From a virus, in IMG/VR virus record IMGVR_UViG_3300027518_000004: a stretch of 35,856 bases of DNA; one strand, written 5' to 3'. The translations under genes and the position numbers were made by a program. The notes under the pieces were generated by a model that had not been told where the DNA came from, did no database searches, and saw only the letters and a program-made list of their open reading frames with translations. Positions 1 to 8,595 of this stretch are shown here, in pieces. Every line of letters begins with the position of its first letter. Positions within the stretch are counted from its first letter, which is position 1.

Positions 1-75
1 GTTTTTTATTGATTTTTTATTGATTTTTATGACTGTTTATTGTTAATTTTTATTGATTTTTTATTGATTTTTATG
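1..75. repeat. Degenerate tandem repeat of GATTTTTTATT (~10-11 bp period, ~7 copies), cut by the window edge
   Basis: Seen directly: gttttttattgattttttattgatttttatgactgtttattgttaatttttattgattttttattgatttttatg. Confidence 0.8.
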
Positions 76-361
76 TAGCAATATTGGCCCGCAAAATATA
101 AACAATACATAAACTATTTATAAAAAAGAAAACTCCACCAAAAATCCCCCACAACCCGCAAATAAACATAAATCGCCAGAGGCCCCTAGAAGCCCCTAGA
201 AGGCCATCTGACCCATCCGATAAGCCACCAGTAGTCTGCTGCCTTAAGCCGCCTTCTAGCGTCTCCTGTGGCCCTCTGACCAATCCTAGAACTGTCCACT
301 GTTTATCCTATTTTCTAAATAATCTTGTATTGTTTAAGGGTAGTCAAGAGATCACCCTTAT

Positions 362-435
362 GGGAACATAGCTCAAGTGGTTAGAGCACCCACCTTATAA
401 GTGGGAGGTTCTGGGCTCAAGCCCCAGTGTTCCTA
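362..435 (+). tRNA. tRNA-Ile (anticodon UAU)
   Basis: Acceptor GGGAACA/TGTTCCT+A, D-arm GCTCAAGTGGTTAGAGC, anticodon arm CCCAC-CTTATAA-GTGGG, T-arm CTGGG-CTCAAGC-CCCAG; no encoded CCA. Confidence 0.92.
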
Positions 436-460
436 TTGGTTCTTATAAAGAACCAACATC

Positions 461-544
461 GCGCTCGTGATGAAATTAGTAAACATAGCGGTCTTAAAAA
501 CCGCTGGCCCTATGGCCTTGCAGGTGCAAGTCCTGTCGAGCGTA
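461..544 (+). tRNA. tRNA-Leu (anticodon UAA)
   Basis: Acceptor GCGCTCG/CGAGCGT+A, anticodon arm GCGGT-CTTAAAA-ACCGC, long variable arm GGCC-CTAT-GGCC, T-arm GCAGG-TGCAAGT-CCTGT. Confidence 0.9.
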
Positions 545-858
545 TAACTTTTATAACAACATAAAATACGTTTAAATAATCGGCACAAGGTCTATTGACT
601 TTTATAAAACACTAAATAATTCAGTGAACAATTCTTTTTGTGAATAAAGATCCCAAGAGCATTTATGTTCGGGCAAGTCTCCAAAACAAAAAAGAATTAT
701 CTTTCGTTTATTATAATCCTCTTAGTTGCTCCTACGGGATAAAGCATTAAAGATTATAATAAAAAAAGACGTATTATTCTTCTAATTGAATACTAGGTTA
801 GCCCCAGTCGCAAAAATGCGAAATCTTTAGGGGATTTTCTCGTATCCAATTATAATCA

Positions 859-918
859 GTAGACAATTAAATAATCGGCACAAGGTCTCTTGACTTTTTA
901 TAAAATCGTGATTAGAGT
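859..918 (+). promoter_or_regulatory. Early promoter: GTAGACA..TCGGCACA palindromic motif, TTGACT -35 and TAGAGT -10; near-duplicate at ~572-606
   Basis: ttaaataatcggcacaaggtct(a/c)ttgactttt(t)ataaaa occurs at ~572 and ~867. Confidence 0.55.
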
Positions 919-1051
919 GGGTTTGTCGCTTTAGAAGTCTAGTTGTAACTATTAGTTAATAAAGACTACTAGCCAATATGGAAACTGGCACAAGCATCTG
1001 ATTATCTCTCATAAAGTCCATTATTATTAGTGAGTCCTTAAAAAATACATT

Positions 1052-1363
1052 ATGCTTACTACAGAAGAATTGAAAACTGCATGGGTTATTGGTAGTTTGG
1101 AAAAACTAGCAGGGCTTGGTTATTTTAAAGAAATTGGTTATAAAATTGATCCAGAATTCGTTAATTTTTATTGGGAAGCAGATGAAAATCGTCATAATCT
1201 TATTAAATCTGAAGAGATTTTTATGATTGTTCTTGAACTTACCAGGGAAAGTGATATGAGTCTGGAACATGTAACAGAAATTCATAAACTTCTTATGGAA
1301 TACAAAGATGATAGGACTAAAGTATTTGCTTATGCAATGAAAAACCTGTTGATCAATAAATAA
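1052..1363 (+). CDS. Hypothetical early protein (103 aa)
   Basis: ORF track; preceded by AACTGGCACA motif and a TATTAT -10-like box. Confidence 0.8.
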   Translation: MLTTEELKTAWVIGSLEKLAGLGYFKEIGYKIDPEFVNFYWEADENRHNLIKSEEIFMIVLELTRESDMSLEHVTEIHKLLMEYKDDRTKVFAYAMKNLLINK

Positions 1364-1370
1364 TCTTTAT

Positions 1371-1399
1371 TTGACTTTTATTTGTTTGTGGGTTACAGT
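1371..1399 (+). promoter_or_regulatory. Sigma70-type promoter TTGACT-N17-TACAGT
   Basis: TTGACT 1371-1376 and TACAGT 1394-1399, 21 nt before ATG 1421. Confidence 0.7.
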
Positions 1400-1420
1400 A
1401 AGCACAGTTAAATCAAAACA

Positions 1421-1543
1421 ATGAACACTCCTAACTGGAAACACAATTCAGGTAAAAAAAAGAATACAAAAGGAATGTGTAAGGGTAAACTTAAGTCAAT
1501 TAAACAACGACTTAAGTTTATAAAGAAAAAATTTAGCAGTTAA
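1421..1543 (+). CDS. Small basic protein (40 aa, MNTPNWKHNSGKKK...), below the ORF-track cutoff
   Basis: Manual translation; has its own promoter; resembles the small TPNW-x-H basic proteins of cyanomyophages (from memory). Confidence 0.75.
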   Translation: MNTPNWKHNSGKKKNTKGMCKGKLKSIKQRLKFIKKKFSS

Positions 1544-1549
1544 TTCTGC

Positions 1550-1664
1550 TTTTTATTTTTTATTCTTTATTATGTTTGCAGGGTAAGTGACGAACATTTT
1601 AGTCCACAGAGTTACATCACTCCTCAACTAATTTTAATCAGGATTTGCAACTGATAGTAGTCTA
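1550..1664 (-). repeat. Intergenic element copy 1 (diverged) with leftward -10 TGC-TAGACT
   Basis: Core gcagggtaagtgac at 1578; T-rich tract to the left; agtcta 1659-1664. Confidence 0.75.
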
Positions 1665-1687
1665 GCAGGTTATGGTGGGATCTGGGC

Positions 1688-1724
1688 ATTAGCGTTGCTT
1701 ATGAGACCGATAAGTTTCGCTGAT
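1688..1724. promoter_or_regulatory. Tandem LysR-type boxes ATTAG-N5-CTTAT and ATAAG-N5-CTGAT, 22-bp offset
   Basis: Same arrangement at 3090-3126, 4936-4972 and 10060-10096; single boxes at 6529-6543 and 11870-11884. Confidence 0.6.
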
Positions 1725-1790
1725 CGTTAAGGGCTTCCCAGATCCATCTAGGTGCTGTATTGTATGGGAGTCGTTACGGGATCTGCTCCC

Positions 1791-2546
1791 ATGATTCTCA
1801 AGTTTTCTTTCGGCAACAGTAAACTTGCCAATGATACTTTGATCTTTAATCTTCCGGCTGGTAAGACTTGTCCGGGTGCGGATAAGTGTCTTGCATTTGC
1901 TAAGGAAGTTGACGGCAAGCGTGTTCTGGTTAATGGGCCGCAAATGGAGTTTAGGTGTTTTGCTGCATGTTCTGAGGCAATGTATCCTCAGGCTTATGAT
2001 TCTCGGCATTATAATTGGGAGACTGTAAAGAATCTTATTAAGACTTTCGGTGTAGGAAAGGCCGGTAAGATGGTGGCTGATCAAATTCAGTCTATGCGTA
2101 AAAAGTCTACTAAACTTGTCAGAATTCATGAGAGCGGAGATTTTTATTCTTCTGAGTATTTTGCTCTGTGGATGCACGTTTGTCGATTGATTCCTGACCT
2201 TACTTTTTATGCTTACTCTAAGAATCTTCCTATGATTCTTGAGTATGGTCTGGACATGATGCCTAAGAATTTTTATCTTACGGCATCTAAAGGTGGTAAG
2301 TTTGACTACCTTATTGATGAAGGATTCTTCCCCCGTTATTCTGTGGTGGTGAAGAATGAAGATGAAGCAGAGGCAATGGGGCTGGAAGTGGATCATGATG
2401 ATTCACACTGCTACAAGCAAGATGGGCCGTTTGCTCTACTTGTCCACGGTAATCAGCCTGCTGGTAGTGAATGGCGCCAGGCGATTAAAGAGCGTAAGAA
2501 TAAGAATCAGTTCACTGGTTACAGTAAAAATAAAGTTGCTGTGTGA
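1791..2546 (+). CDS. GP88-like phage protein (Cys-containing, probably Fe-S/radical-SAM-like fold); start reassigned to ATG 1791
   Basis: FNLPAGKTCPGA..C...CFAA and VRIHESGDFYS..Y..W motifs typical of the gene product 88 family; the upstream in-frame MLYCMGV segment is repeat DNA. Confidence 0.75.
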   Translation: MILKFSFGNSKLANDTLIFNLPAGKTCPGADKCLAFAKEVDGKRVLVNGPQMEFRCFAACSEAMYPQAYDSRHYNWETVKNLIKTFGVGKAGKMVADQIQSMRKKSTKLVRIHESGDFYSSEYFALWMHVCRLIPDLTFYAYSKNLPMILEYGLDMMPKNFYLTASKGGKFDYLIDEGFFPRYSVVVKNEDEAEAMGLEVDHDDSHCYKQDGPFALLVHGNQPAGSEWRQAIKERKNKNQFTGYSKNKVAV

Positions 2547-2625
2547 CACTTAAATAACCGGCACATGGGGATCATAAATGGTCCCCATCTTACATTAAAC
2601 TAACCTCAGTTCAAACACAGCAACC

Positions 2626-2940
2626 ATGAATCGTTCACTAATTGTTGTAAAGCATCCCAACAAAAGAAAGTTTTATAGTATCAGAATTCATTGGGAGTAT
2701 GGTCAATCTGTAGAGAATTGGTTGAAAGAAAATTTTAGTGATTATAGGAGAATTATGTCGCGTCTTCTTCCTGAAGGTCATAGGTCAACAATTAAAGAAT
2801 CTTATAAAGAATTGTTGGATAATCTTACAGCAGAAGATGTTAATTATTGGGAACATAAAACACTAAAGGAAGCAGTTAATAACTGTGAACATCTTACACT
2901 TGCTTATTTTAACAATAAATGGAAGTTTAAACATAATTGA
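2626..2940 (+). CDS. Hypothetical early protein (104 aa)
   Basis: ORF track; preceded by palindromic motif 2541-2565, hairpin 2565-2588 and TAAACT -10. Confidence 0.8.
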   Translation: MNRSLIVVKHPNKRKFYSIRIHWEYGQSVENWLKENFSDYRRIMSRLLPEGHRSTIKESYKELLDNLTAEDVNYWEHKTLKEAVNNCEHLTLAYFNNKWKFKHN

Positions 2941-2948
2941 ATAATTAT

Positions 2949-2973
2949 AAAAGGGGATTTAATCCCTTTTTTT
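2949..2973 (+). terminator. Intrinsic terminator
   Basis: aaaaggggat-tta-atcccttttttt; related hairpins at 4083-4112 and 5426-5447. Confidence 0.75.
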
Positions 2974-3067
2974 ATTGTTTATACTTTATTATGTTTGCAG
3001 GGTAAGTGTCGATCTTTATTGTCATCGAGGCTACTTTGCCTCTCGTTTGGTTGTTGAATACAGTCTA
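2966..3067 (-). repeat. Intergenic element copy 2 with leftward -10 TGC-TAGACT
   Basis: Core gcagggtaagtgtc at 2997; agtcta 3062-3067. Confidence 0.8.
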
Positions 3068-3191
3068 GCATGGCTCTGGCAGTTTTACGATAAGTGTTGC
3101 TTATCTGTTACATAAAATTCGCTTATCGTTAAGGGCTTCCTAAATCCGTCTAGGTGCTGTATTGTATGGGAGTCGTCAGGGAACACCACCC

Positions 3192-3347
3192 ATGGCCCGA
3201 ACATTCTCAATCGCCTGTGATCTGGAGACCAGACAATACGTCTGGTCGTGTTTCAATAACCAACAACAAATGGTTCAAAATTGTGAACCGGTTGTTCTTT
3301 CGGCGGCTACGATTTCCGCACACTTCGCACAAAGGTATTCAAAGTGA
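3192..3347 (+). CDS. Hypothetical early protein (51 aa, MARTFSIACD...)
   Basis: ATG follows the conserved gggaacaccaccc leader; same frame as ORF 3162..3347. Confidence 0.7.
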   Translation: MARTFSIACDLETRQYVWSCFNNQQQMVQNCEPVVLSAATISAHFAQRYSK

Positions 3348-3349
3348 AC

Positions 3350-3475
3350 ATGATTCAAACTTTTGATTTCTCTGGCAACATTGTGACCTTTATTGGTCTG
3401 TTTGGGGTTATTTTTACAACCACCATTCTGGCTGTTGTTTATACAGAATACTGGAAGTCGCCCTACAGGCGGTGA
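3350..3475 (+). CDS. Small single-pass membrane protein (41 aa, MIQTFDFSGNIVTFIGLFGVIFTTTILAVVYTEYWKSPYRR)
   Basis: Manual translation; one hydrophobic helix and a basic C-terminus; starts 2 nt after the previous stop. Confidence 0.7.
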   Translation: MIQTFDFSGNIVTFIGLFGVIFTTTILAVVYTEYWKSPYRR

Positions 3476-3558
3476 CAGTTAAACAACTGGCACAGGGGGC
3501 CGTGATTCGGCCCCATTCACCCCCTACAATGATCTCGTTCACCACAGGCACTACAGCC

Positions 3559-3852
3559 ATGAACATGACCAAAAAAGGCTACATCTTCACTTCTGAATAC
3601 AGTGGTGAAGATAGATGCGTGATGGCATCATCACTGGCAGAGGCAACTGGTAAGTTGCCGGATAGTTTTCAGTGGGATGATTATTACATTGATGAACTAT
3701 ACCACATCGCCAAGATGAGCGATTGCGGTAACTGGCAAATCCTGGAATCGTTCTGGGATTATGATGCGGCGGATCGCAAGATCGACAGGTATTCAAATAA
3801 GTTTTCGGGTGCCTATGTTGAGATCATCCGTAACAACCAACCGGTTGATTAA
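3559..3852 (+). CDS. Hypothetical early protein (97 aa, MNMTKKGY...)
   Basis: ORF 3472..3852 with the start moved downstream of the promoter (motif 3472-3494, hairpin, TACAAT -10). Confidence 0.75.
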   Translation: MNMTKKGYIFTSEYSGEDRCVMASSLAEATGKLPDSFQWDDYYIDELYHIAKMSDCGNWQILESFWDYDAADRKIDRYSNKFSGAYVEIIRNNQPVD

Positions 3853-3923
3853 CTGGCACAAGGGCACTGGACTTTAATCCGGTGCCCGGTTATTCTACTA
3901 TTGTTCATCACTCAAACAACACG

Positions 3924-4079
3924 ATGACAACCTACGAATCGAATCACGAAAGACTTATGCTGTTCGCCCAGAATTGGATGAACCACTTTAATTTTGTCCT
4001 TTCTCTTACTCTCTGGAGTGATAGTGAAAAAAGCATGTATCAAGAAGATTTTAATTATAATAAAGTTTATGATGTGTGA
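3924..4079 (+). CDS. Hypothetical early protein (51 aa, MTTYESNHER...)
   Basis: ORF 3882..4079 with the start moved after the promoter (AACTGGCACA motif, hairpin 3862-3887, TACTAT -10). Confidence 0.65.
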   Translation: MTTYESNHERLMLFAQNWMNHFNFVLSLTLWSDSEKSMYQEDFNYNKVYDV

Positions 4080-4103
4080 CATAAAAGAGGGATTTAATCC
4101 CTC

Positions 4104-4232
4104 TTTTTTTTTATTTTTTATATTTTTTTATGTTTGCAGGATAGATGACCAGTTTTATGTCATCACGCCCCTGCGTTCGTTAGTTTGTGGTTCAGGCTCT
4201 CAAGGTGGTTCCTTGCGGTTGAAGCAATCCTA
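4104..4232 (-). repeat. Intergenic element copy 3 with leftward -10 TAGGAT
   Basis: Core gcaggatagatgaccagttttatgtcatcacgcccctgc at 4136; atccta 4227-4232. Confidence 0.9.
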
Positions 4233-4349
4233 CAACACCACAACCACCAGCAGCCGCCTTCAGTGGACAGTTTTTAAGTGGCACAAGCAACTCACCATCT
4301 ACCGGTTCCCGTGGCCTATACTGAGCGAGTCGTTAGGCAATCACTTCTC

Positions 4350-4766
4350 ATGTCTTACACTCAATTCGTCGCCACTGCTTCCTGTTCCGTAGTGGATGAT
4401 TTCAACCTGCAATCCTATCTGGATGGTCTTTTGGTTCGATGTGTGGAGGAAGAAAACTTTATCTTTGAGTTTTATGGTCTTGATTCTAATGATAACCTTG
4501 ATGTAGACTTTGCTGATTATGTTCGCATCAGTGGTGGCAAACTTCTGATTGAATGTGACTCTGAAGAATCTAATGGTAATAGTGAGGTTTGGGATTGGTT
4601 GATTGACCAGTTTCCACCTATTATGACTTCTCAGTTTATGACTATTAAATCTGCATCGATTGATAGTCGTTCTGGTGTAGACGTTTGTGTTGTTTATGTT
4701 GATAAGGAAGGTAACGTTATGGACAGTGAAAGTATCCTTGAGCAATACATTAAAATGTCTAGTTGA
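4350..4766 (+). CDS. Acidic hypothetical early protein (138 aa, MSYTQFV...)
   Basis: ORF 4278..4766; start reassigned after the TATACT -10 at 4317-4322. Confidence 0.8.
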   Translation: MSYTQFVATASCSVVDDFNLQSYLDGLLVRCVEEENFIFEFYGLDSNDNLDVDFADYVRISGGKLLIECDSEESNGNSEVWDWLIDQFPPIMTSQFMTIKSASIDSRSGVDVCVVYVDKEGNVMDSESILEQYIKMSS

Positions 4767-4778
4767 CTTTTAGTAATC

Positions 4779-4809
4779 GTGGCTCTGGGTTAATTATACC
4801 TAGGGCCAC
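4779..4809 (+). terminator. Conserved-loop hairpin family, copy 1 of 7 (also 6373-6399, 9240-9262, 9896-9920, 10489-10519, 11075-11101, 11655-11685)
   Basis: GC-rich stem (GT)GGCCYGGRGT...ACYCYRGGCC(AC) with loop TAATTAT/TTATTAT/TAGTTAT, just after stop codons and usually followed by T runs. Confidence 0.7.
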
Positions 4810-4913
4810 TTTTTTATTATACTCAATTATCTTTTAATGTTTTATTGCAGGCTAGGTGACCAGTTTTATGTCATCACGCCCCTGCGTTCTTTTCTTTTGT
4901 TGAATACAGTCTA
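4810..4913 (-). repeat. Intergenic element copy 4 with leftward -10 TGA-TAGACT
   Basis: Core gcaggctaggtgaccagttttatgtcatcacgcccctgc at 4847; agtcta 4908-4913. Confidence 0.9.
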
Positions 4914-5037
4914 TCATAGCCCATGGAGATTTGAGATTAGTGTTGCTTATCTGTTACATAAAATTCGCTTATCGTTAAGGGCTTCCCAAATCCAGCCTGA
5001 TGCCGTATTGTATGGAAGTCGTCAGGGAACACCACCC

Positions 5038-5418
5038 ATGAAGAACGCCAACGGTGATCCGATTCTTTGCAAGGAAACCGTGAGAGTCTACCGCAATCTG
5101 CGGGAGAACTGCTGGAGCATCCAGCGTAAGACTGACAAAGGCTGGAGAGTCTGGCTTCGATGGGATTATGTTGTTCTCGATAATGCCCAGTTTGTTGTTA
5201 ACAAAGCAGGGCAAAATCGGGTTCGCAGAGAGAATAAAAAGTATGTTCATGCTTTTGTGTATGGCACACTTATGGCAAATACGTGTGGCCCAAGTGAAAG
5301 AATGGTAAAGGTAAATTATAATCCTTACCATAATGATTTCTTTCAAACTAGACATGGAGACATACATGAGGCTGGTCGAGTTTGGTTAACGAATGAAAAT
5401 AAAGTTTTTTGTGAATAG
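5038..5418 (+). CDS. Conserved phage hypothetical protein (126 aa; VYRNL..WS, RVRRENKKYVHAFV, YNPY motifs)
   Basis: ORF 4837..5418 with the start moved to the ATG after the gggaacaccaccc leader; motif pattern seen in a widespread phage family. Confidence 0.8.
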   Translation: MKNANGDPILCKETVRVYRNLRENCWSIQRKTDKGWRVWLRWDYVVLDNAQFVVNKAGQNRVRRENKKYVHAFVYGTLMANTCGPSERMVKVNYNPYHNDFFQTRHGDIHEAGRVWLTNENKVFCE

Positions 5419-5440
5419 TTATAACGGGGGATTCTCCCCC

Positions 5441-5568
5441 TTTTTTTATTCTTTATACTTTTTTATGTTTGCAGGGTAGGTGACTAGTTTTATGTCATCA
5501 CGCCCCTGCGTTAGTTAGATTTTAGATCAGGCCTTCAAGGTTCCTCCTTGGCTGCTGATAGAATCCTA
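5441..5568 (-). repeat. Intergenic element copy 5 with leftward -10 TGC-TAGGAT
   Basis: Core gcagggtaggtgactagttttatgtcatcacgcccctgc at 5471; atccta 5563-5568. Confidence 0.9.
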
Positions 5569-5685
5569 GCATGGCCTGGCCCGATCCTACCAGCCAGATC
5601 CAGCCAGTTCCTGAACCGGCCACCATCCGGCCCTGTTGCCGGTTCCTGGGGCCTATACTGAGCAAGTCAACCAACCGACACCACA

Positions 5686-6357
5686 ATGGACCGTCAGGCA
5701 GTTCTCGACAAGATTCAGGCGATGATGAATCTCAAAGATTCATCGACCTTTGAAGGTGAGGCAGCTAATGCTGCTGCGATGATTGACAAGCTCTGCGCAA
5801 AGTATGGCGTGAGTTTGGATGATCTTACCCCCCAAATTCTTGATGAGGTTGTTGCCTCAGGTCGCGTGAGATCGTATAACAAACTCATTTGGGAGGCTGT
5901 GGCATACTTTTATGATGCACAGTTGTACTATAAAAACAGTGCAAATGAAGTGCGTGTTATTGGATCTGAGGCTCAGCAGATTCAGGTCAAACTCTATTCT
6001 GAGTTTATCTGTGATTGTATGCATAATGAGGCCAATAAAGCCTATGAAGGTGAGAAGATCCTGGCAGAACTGACTGATTCTGTTATGCCTTCCCGAAAGT
6101 TTCTTGAGGCCTTCAAGGTAACTTTTGCGGCTGAAGTTCGCCGTCGGTTGAGTGAGATGAAGCGGGAAACGAATAGGGTGCATGAACATAAGCAACTTGT
6201 TGAGGGTGAGGTATCCAAACGTCGATGGGGACGAGCTAAGTCTATCCGAACATTTGCCTCTGGTAGTGGTGCAATGGCCGGTGCTTGTGCTGGCAATAGT
6301 GTATCCCTACATCGGCAGGCTAGTGGTAGCGTCCAGCGTCAACTTTGCGGGGGGTAA
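5686..6357 (+). CDS. DUF2786-domain protein (223 aa)
   Basis: N-terminal LDKIQAMMNL...EGEAANAAAMIDKLCAKYGV pattern and C-terminal G..AG..VSLHRQ match the DUF2786 family. Confidence 0.8.
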   Translation: MDRQAVLDKIQAMMNLKDSSTFEGEAANAAAMIDKLCAKYGVSLDDLTPQILDEVVASGRVRSYNKLIWEAVAYFYDAQLYYKNSANEVRVIGSEAQQIQVKLYSEFICDCMHNEANKAYEGEKILAELTDSVMPSRKFLEAFKVTFAAEVRRRLSEMKRETNRVHEHKQLVEGEVSKRRWGRAKSIRTFASGSGAMAGACAGNSVSLHRQASGSVQRQLCGG

Positions 6358-6399
6358 GTTATAGTAACTTGTGGCCTGGAGTTTATTATACTCCAGGCC

Positions 6400-6505
6400 T
6401 TATCTTTTTTTTTATTCTTTATAACATTATTAACTTGCAGGGTAGATGACCAGTTTTATGTCATCACGCCCCTGCGTTCTTCTTTCTTTGTCTGGAGTCA
6501 TTCTA
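6400..6505 (-). repeat. Intergenic element copy 6 with leftward -10 TGC-TAGAAT
   Basis: Core gcagggtagatgaccagttttatgtcatcacgcccctgc at 6437; attcta 6500-6505. Confidence 0.9.
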
Positions 6506-6640
6506 GCATCCTCTGGGGGATTCCGGTGATTAGCAGTGCTTATGGGTCGGTGGGTTGACCTGGGGGTGGGGGTGCTGGTATTCTATGGGAGTCGTCGGGA
6601 GCACGTTGCCCTGGCGATAATCACCCTCGCTTAAATCATC

Positions 6641-6856
6641 ATGGCTCTTACTACTGACCAACTCAATCAACTGGTTGAAGCCTATGCTGAAAGGTGTGTT
6701 AATGACATGGATACCAAGTGCCTTGAACAGTTTGTTTATGATACTATTGTAGAAAATCTTTCTCACATGGGAGAGGAAGATGTTATGGACCAGCTTTATG
6801 GTGTTTATGATGATGAAGTCATCCAAGAAATGGTGGAGAGTGTGACAGCTGATTAA
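6641..6856 (+). CDS. Small acidic helical hypothetical protein (71 aa)
   Basis: ORF track; YAERCVNDMDTKCL pattern typical of cyanomyophage early ORFs. Confidence 0.8.
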   Translation: MALTTDQLNQLVEAYAERCVNDMDTKCLEQFVYDTIVENLSHMGEEDVMDQLYGVYDDEVIQEMVESVTAD

Positions 6857-6894
6857 GTGTCACCTGGGGAGTCGGCAACGGCTCCCCGCCGTCC

Positions 6895-6985
6895 TATGCT
6901 TACATCAGCAACCAACCTAGCGCGGGCGGCGCGGTTACATAAAACAAGTCACCTACCCTGCATGTTTATAAAAATATAAACAATC
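6895..6985 (+). repeat. Inverted copy of the intergenic element with rightward -10 TATGCT
   Basis: gcgggcggcgcggttacataaaacaagtcacctaccctgcatgtttataaaaatataaacaat matches the reverse complement of the other copies. Confidence 0.85.
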
Positions 6986-7084
6986 AATCATAAGTTACGT
7001 TTAGTTCTTGTCAGTATCTCCAGGCCGCTTGTCAGGCCGCCGCCAACCTGCTACACTTAGGGAGTCGTCAGGGAAACCCCTACC

Positions 7085-8572
7085 ATGATCGCTCTCTCCC
7101 CCCAGCAGACCGCCGCCGTTGCCGCCGTTGCCTCCGGCCACGATTCGATCGTGCTGGAAGCCGTTGCAGGGGCTGGTAAGACTTCGACGTTGATTGAGAT
7201 GTTGCAGCAGACTAAAGGTTCTGTTGCGTTCTGTGCATTTAACAAATCAATCTCCAGTGAGATTGACTACAAGATTCAACCTAAGAATCTTGGCGATCGG
7301 GTTAAGGTGGGAACAGTTCATTCGTTCGGGTTTGGTGCTATCCGTCGCGCCATCAGTCGAGTCAAGGTTGATGGTAACAAACTGCGCAATCTTGCGCGGG
7401 AAGAGTTTAATGGAGAGTATGCGAATCTTCAGGGGTTCGTTACATCTTCCGTCGCAATGGCAAAGGAGGTCGGTATCGCGGCTTGCGCCGAGAATGATAA
7501 AGATTCATGGATTAGAATGTTCGATCATTATAATCTGTGGGAGAATCTCCCCGACAATGTTTCTACTGAGACGGCGATTGATGCCTCTCAGTATCTTCTT
7601 AACTGTAGCAATCAGCTGCGGAATGTTGTAGACTTCGCAGACATGATTTATCTGCCGATTCTTAATCGGCTGAAGATTTGGCAATACGATAATGTCTTCC
7701 TCGATGAAGCGCAAGATACTAATGCGACTCGTCGCGCACTGGTTAAGATGATGCTCAAGCCTAACGGTAGGCTAGTTGCAGTGGGCGATCCCCACCAGGC
7801 CATTTATGGCTTCACTGGTGCAGATCATCAGGCTCTCGATAACATTCGGGAAGATTTTAAGGCAGTTACGATGCCTCTCAGCATCACATTCCGCTGCCCC
7901 AAGAATGTTGTCGAAGTGGCAAATCAGTGGGTCGATCACATCGAGGCTGCTGATTCTGCCCCTGAGGGTATCGTAGACTCTTGCGAGTTGCAAGATGTTT
8001 ATAAGTTGGCATCGCAAGATGATGCGATTATCTGTCGCAATACCAAACCACTTGTCGAGCTGGCGTATAGCCTGATTCGCCGTTCTATCCCCTGTCGTGT
8101 AGAGGGTCGGGCGATTGGTGAGGGTTTGGTTAAACTTGCCCAACGGTGGAAAATTAAGACTGTGGCCCAACTTTTAGATAAGTTGGAAGAATGGAAGGAT
8201 AAAGAAATCAATAAGCATAAAGAAAAGGGTAACGATTCTCGTTGTCAGGTTATCGAAGATCAGGCAGAAACTCTGATGGTGTTTATCTCAGAGTGTAAGT
8301 TTGAGGATCCTATCTCTACTCTGGTGGAGAAGATTCGTGCCCTGTTCGGTGATACTGAGGGCCAGCAGAAAGTGCTGACCCTTAGCACAATCCACAAGTC
8401 TAAGGGTAGAGAATGGCAGCGAGTGTTCGCGCTCGGCATGAACAACTATTCTCCCAGTAAGTGGGCACGAAAGGATTGGGAGTTGACCCAGGAAGATAAC
8501 CTCTGCTATGTGCAAGTTACCAGGGCAAAGCATCACCTTACGATGGTGAATGTTCCCGAGAAGCTCAGTTGA
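7085..8572 (+). CDS. UvrD/Rep-family (SF1A) DNA helicase (495 aa)
   Basis: Walker A AVAGAGKTS, Walker B DEAQD, VGDPHQAIYGFTGA, TFRCP, STIHKSKGREW, YVQVTRAK. Confidence 0.95.
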   Translation: MIALSPQQTAAVAAVASGHDSIVLEAVAGAGKTSTLIEMLQQTKGSVAFCAFNKSISSEIDYKIQPKNLGDRVKVGTVHSFGFGAIRRAISRVKVDGNKLRNLAREEFNGEYANLQGFVTSSVAMAKEVGIAACAENDKDSWIRMFDHYNLWENLPDNVSTETAIDASQYLLNCSNQLRNVVDFADMIYLPILNRLKIWQYDNVFLDEAQDTNATRRALVKMMLKPNGRLVAVGDPHQAIYGFTGADHQALDNIREDFKAVTMPLSITFRCPKNVVEVANQWVDHIEAADSAPEGIVDSCELQDVYKLASQDDAIICRNTKPLVELAYSLIRRSIPCRVEGRAIGEGLVKLAQRWKIKTVAQLLDKLEEWKDKEINKHKEKGNDSRCQVIEDQAETLMVFISECKFEDPISTLVEKIRALFGDTEGQQKVLTLSTIHKSKGREWQRVFALGMNNYSPSKWARKDWELTQEDNLCYVQVTRAKHHLTMVNVPEKLS

Positions 8573-8595
8573 CCGGGCAAACAAATCAGTATCTT

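Noticed and set aside
71-283. 70-aa minus-strand ORF
   Set aside because: It runs through low-complexity skewed DNA and tandem repeats, has a non-ATG start and no recognisable motif.
640-750. Short ORFs (25-36 aa) after the promoter at ~596
   Set aside because: No RBS or recognisable pattern; they cannot be supported from sequence alone.
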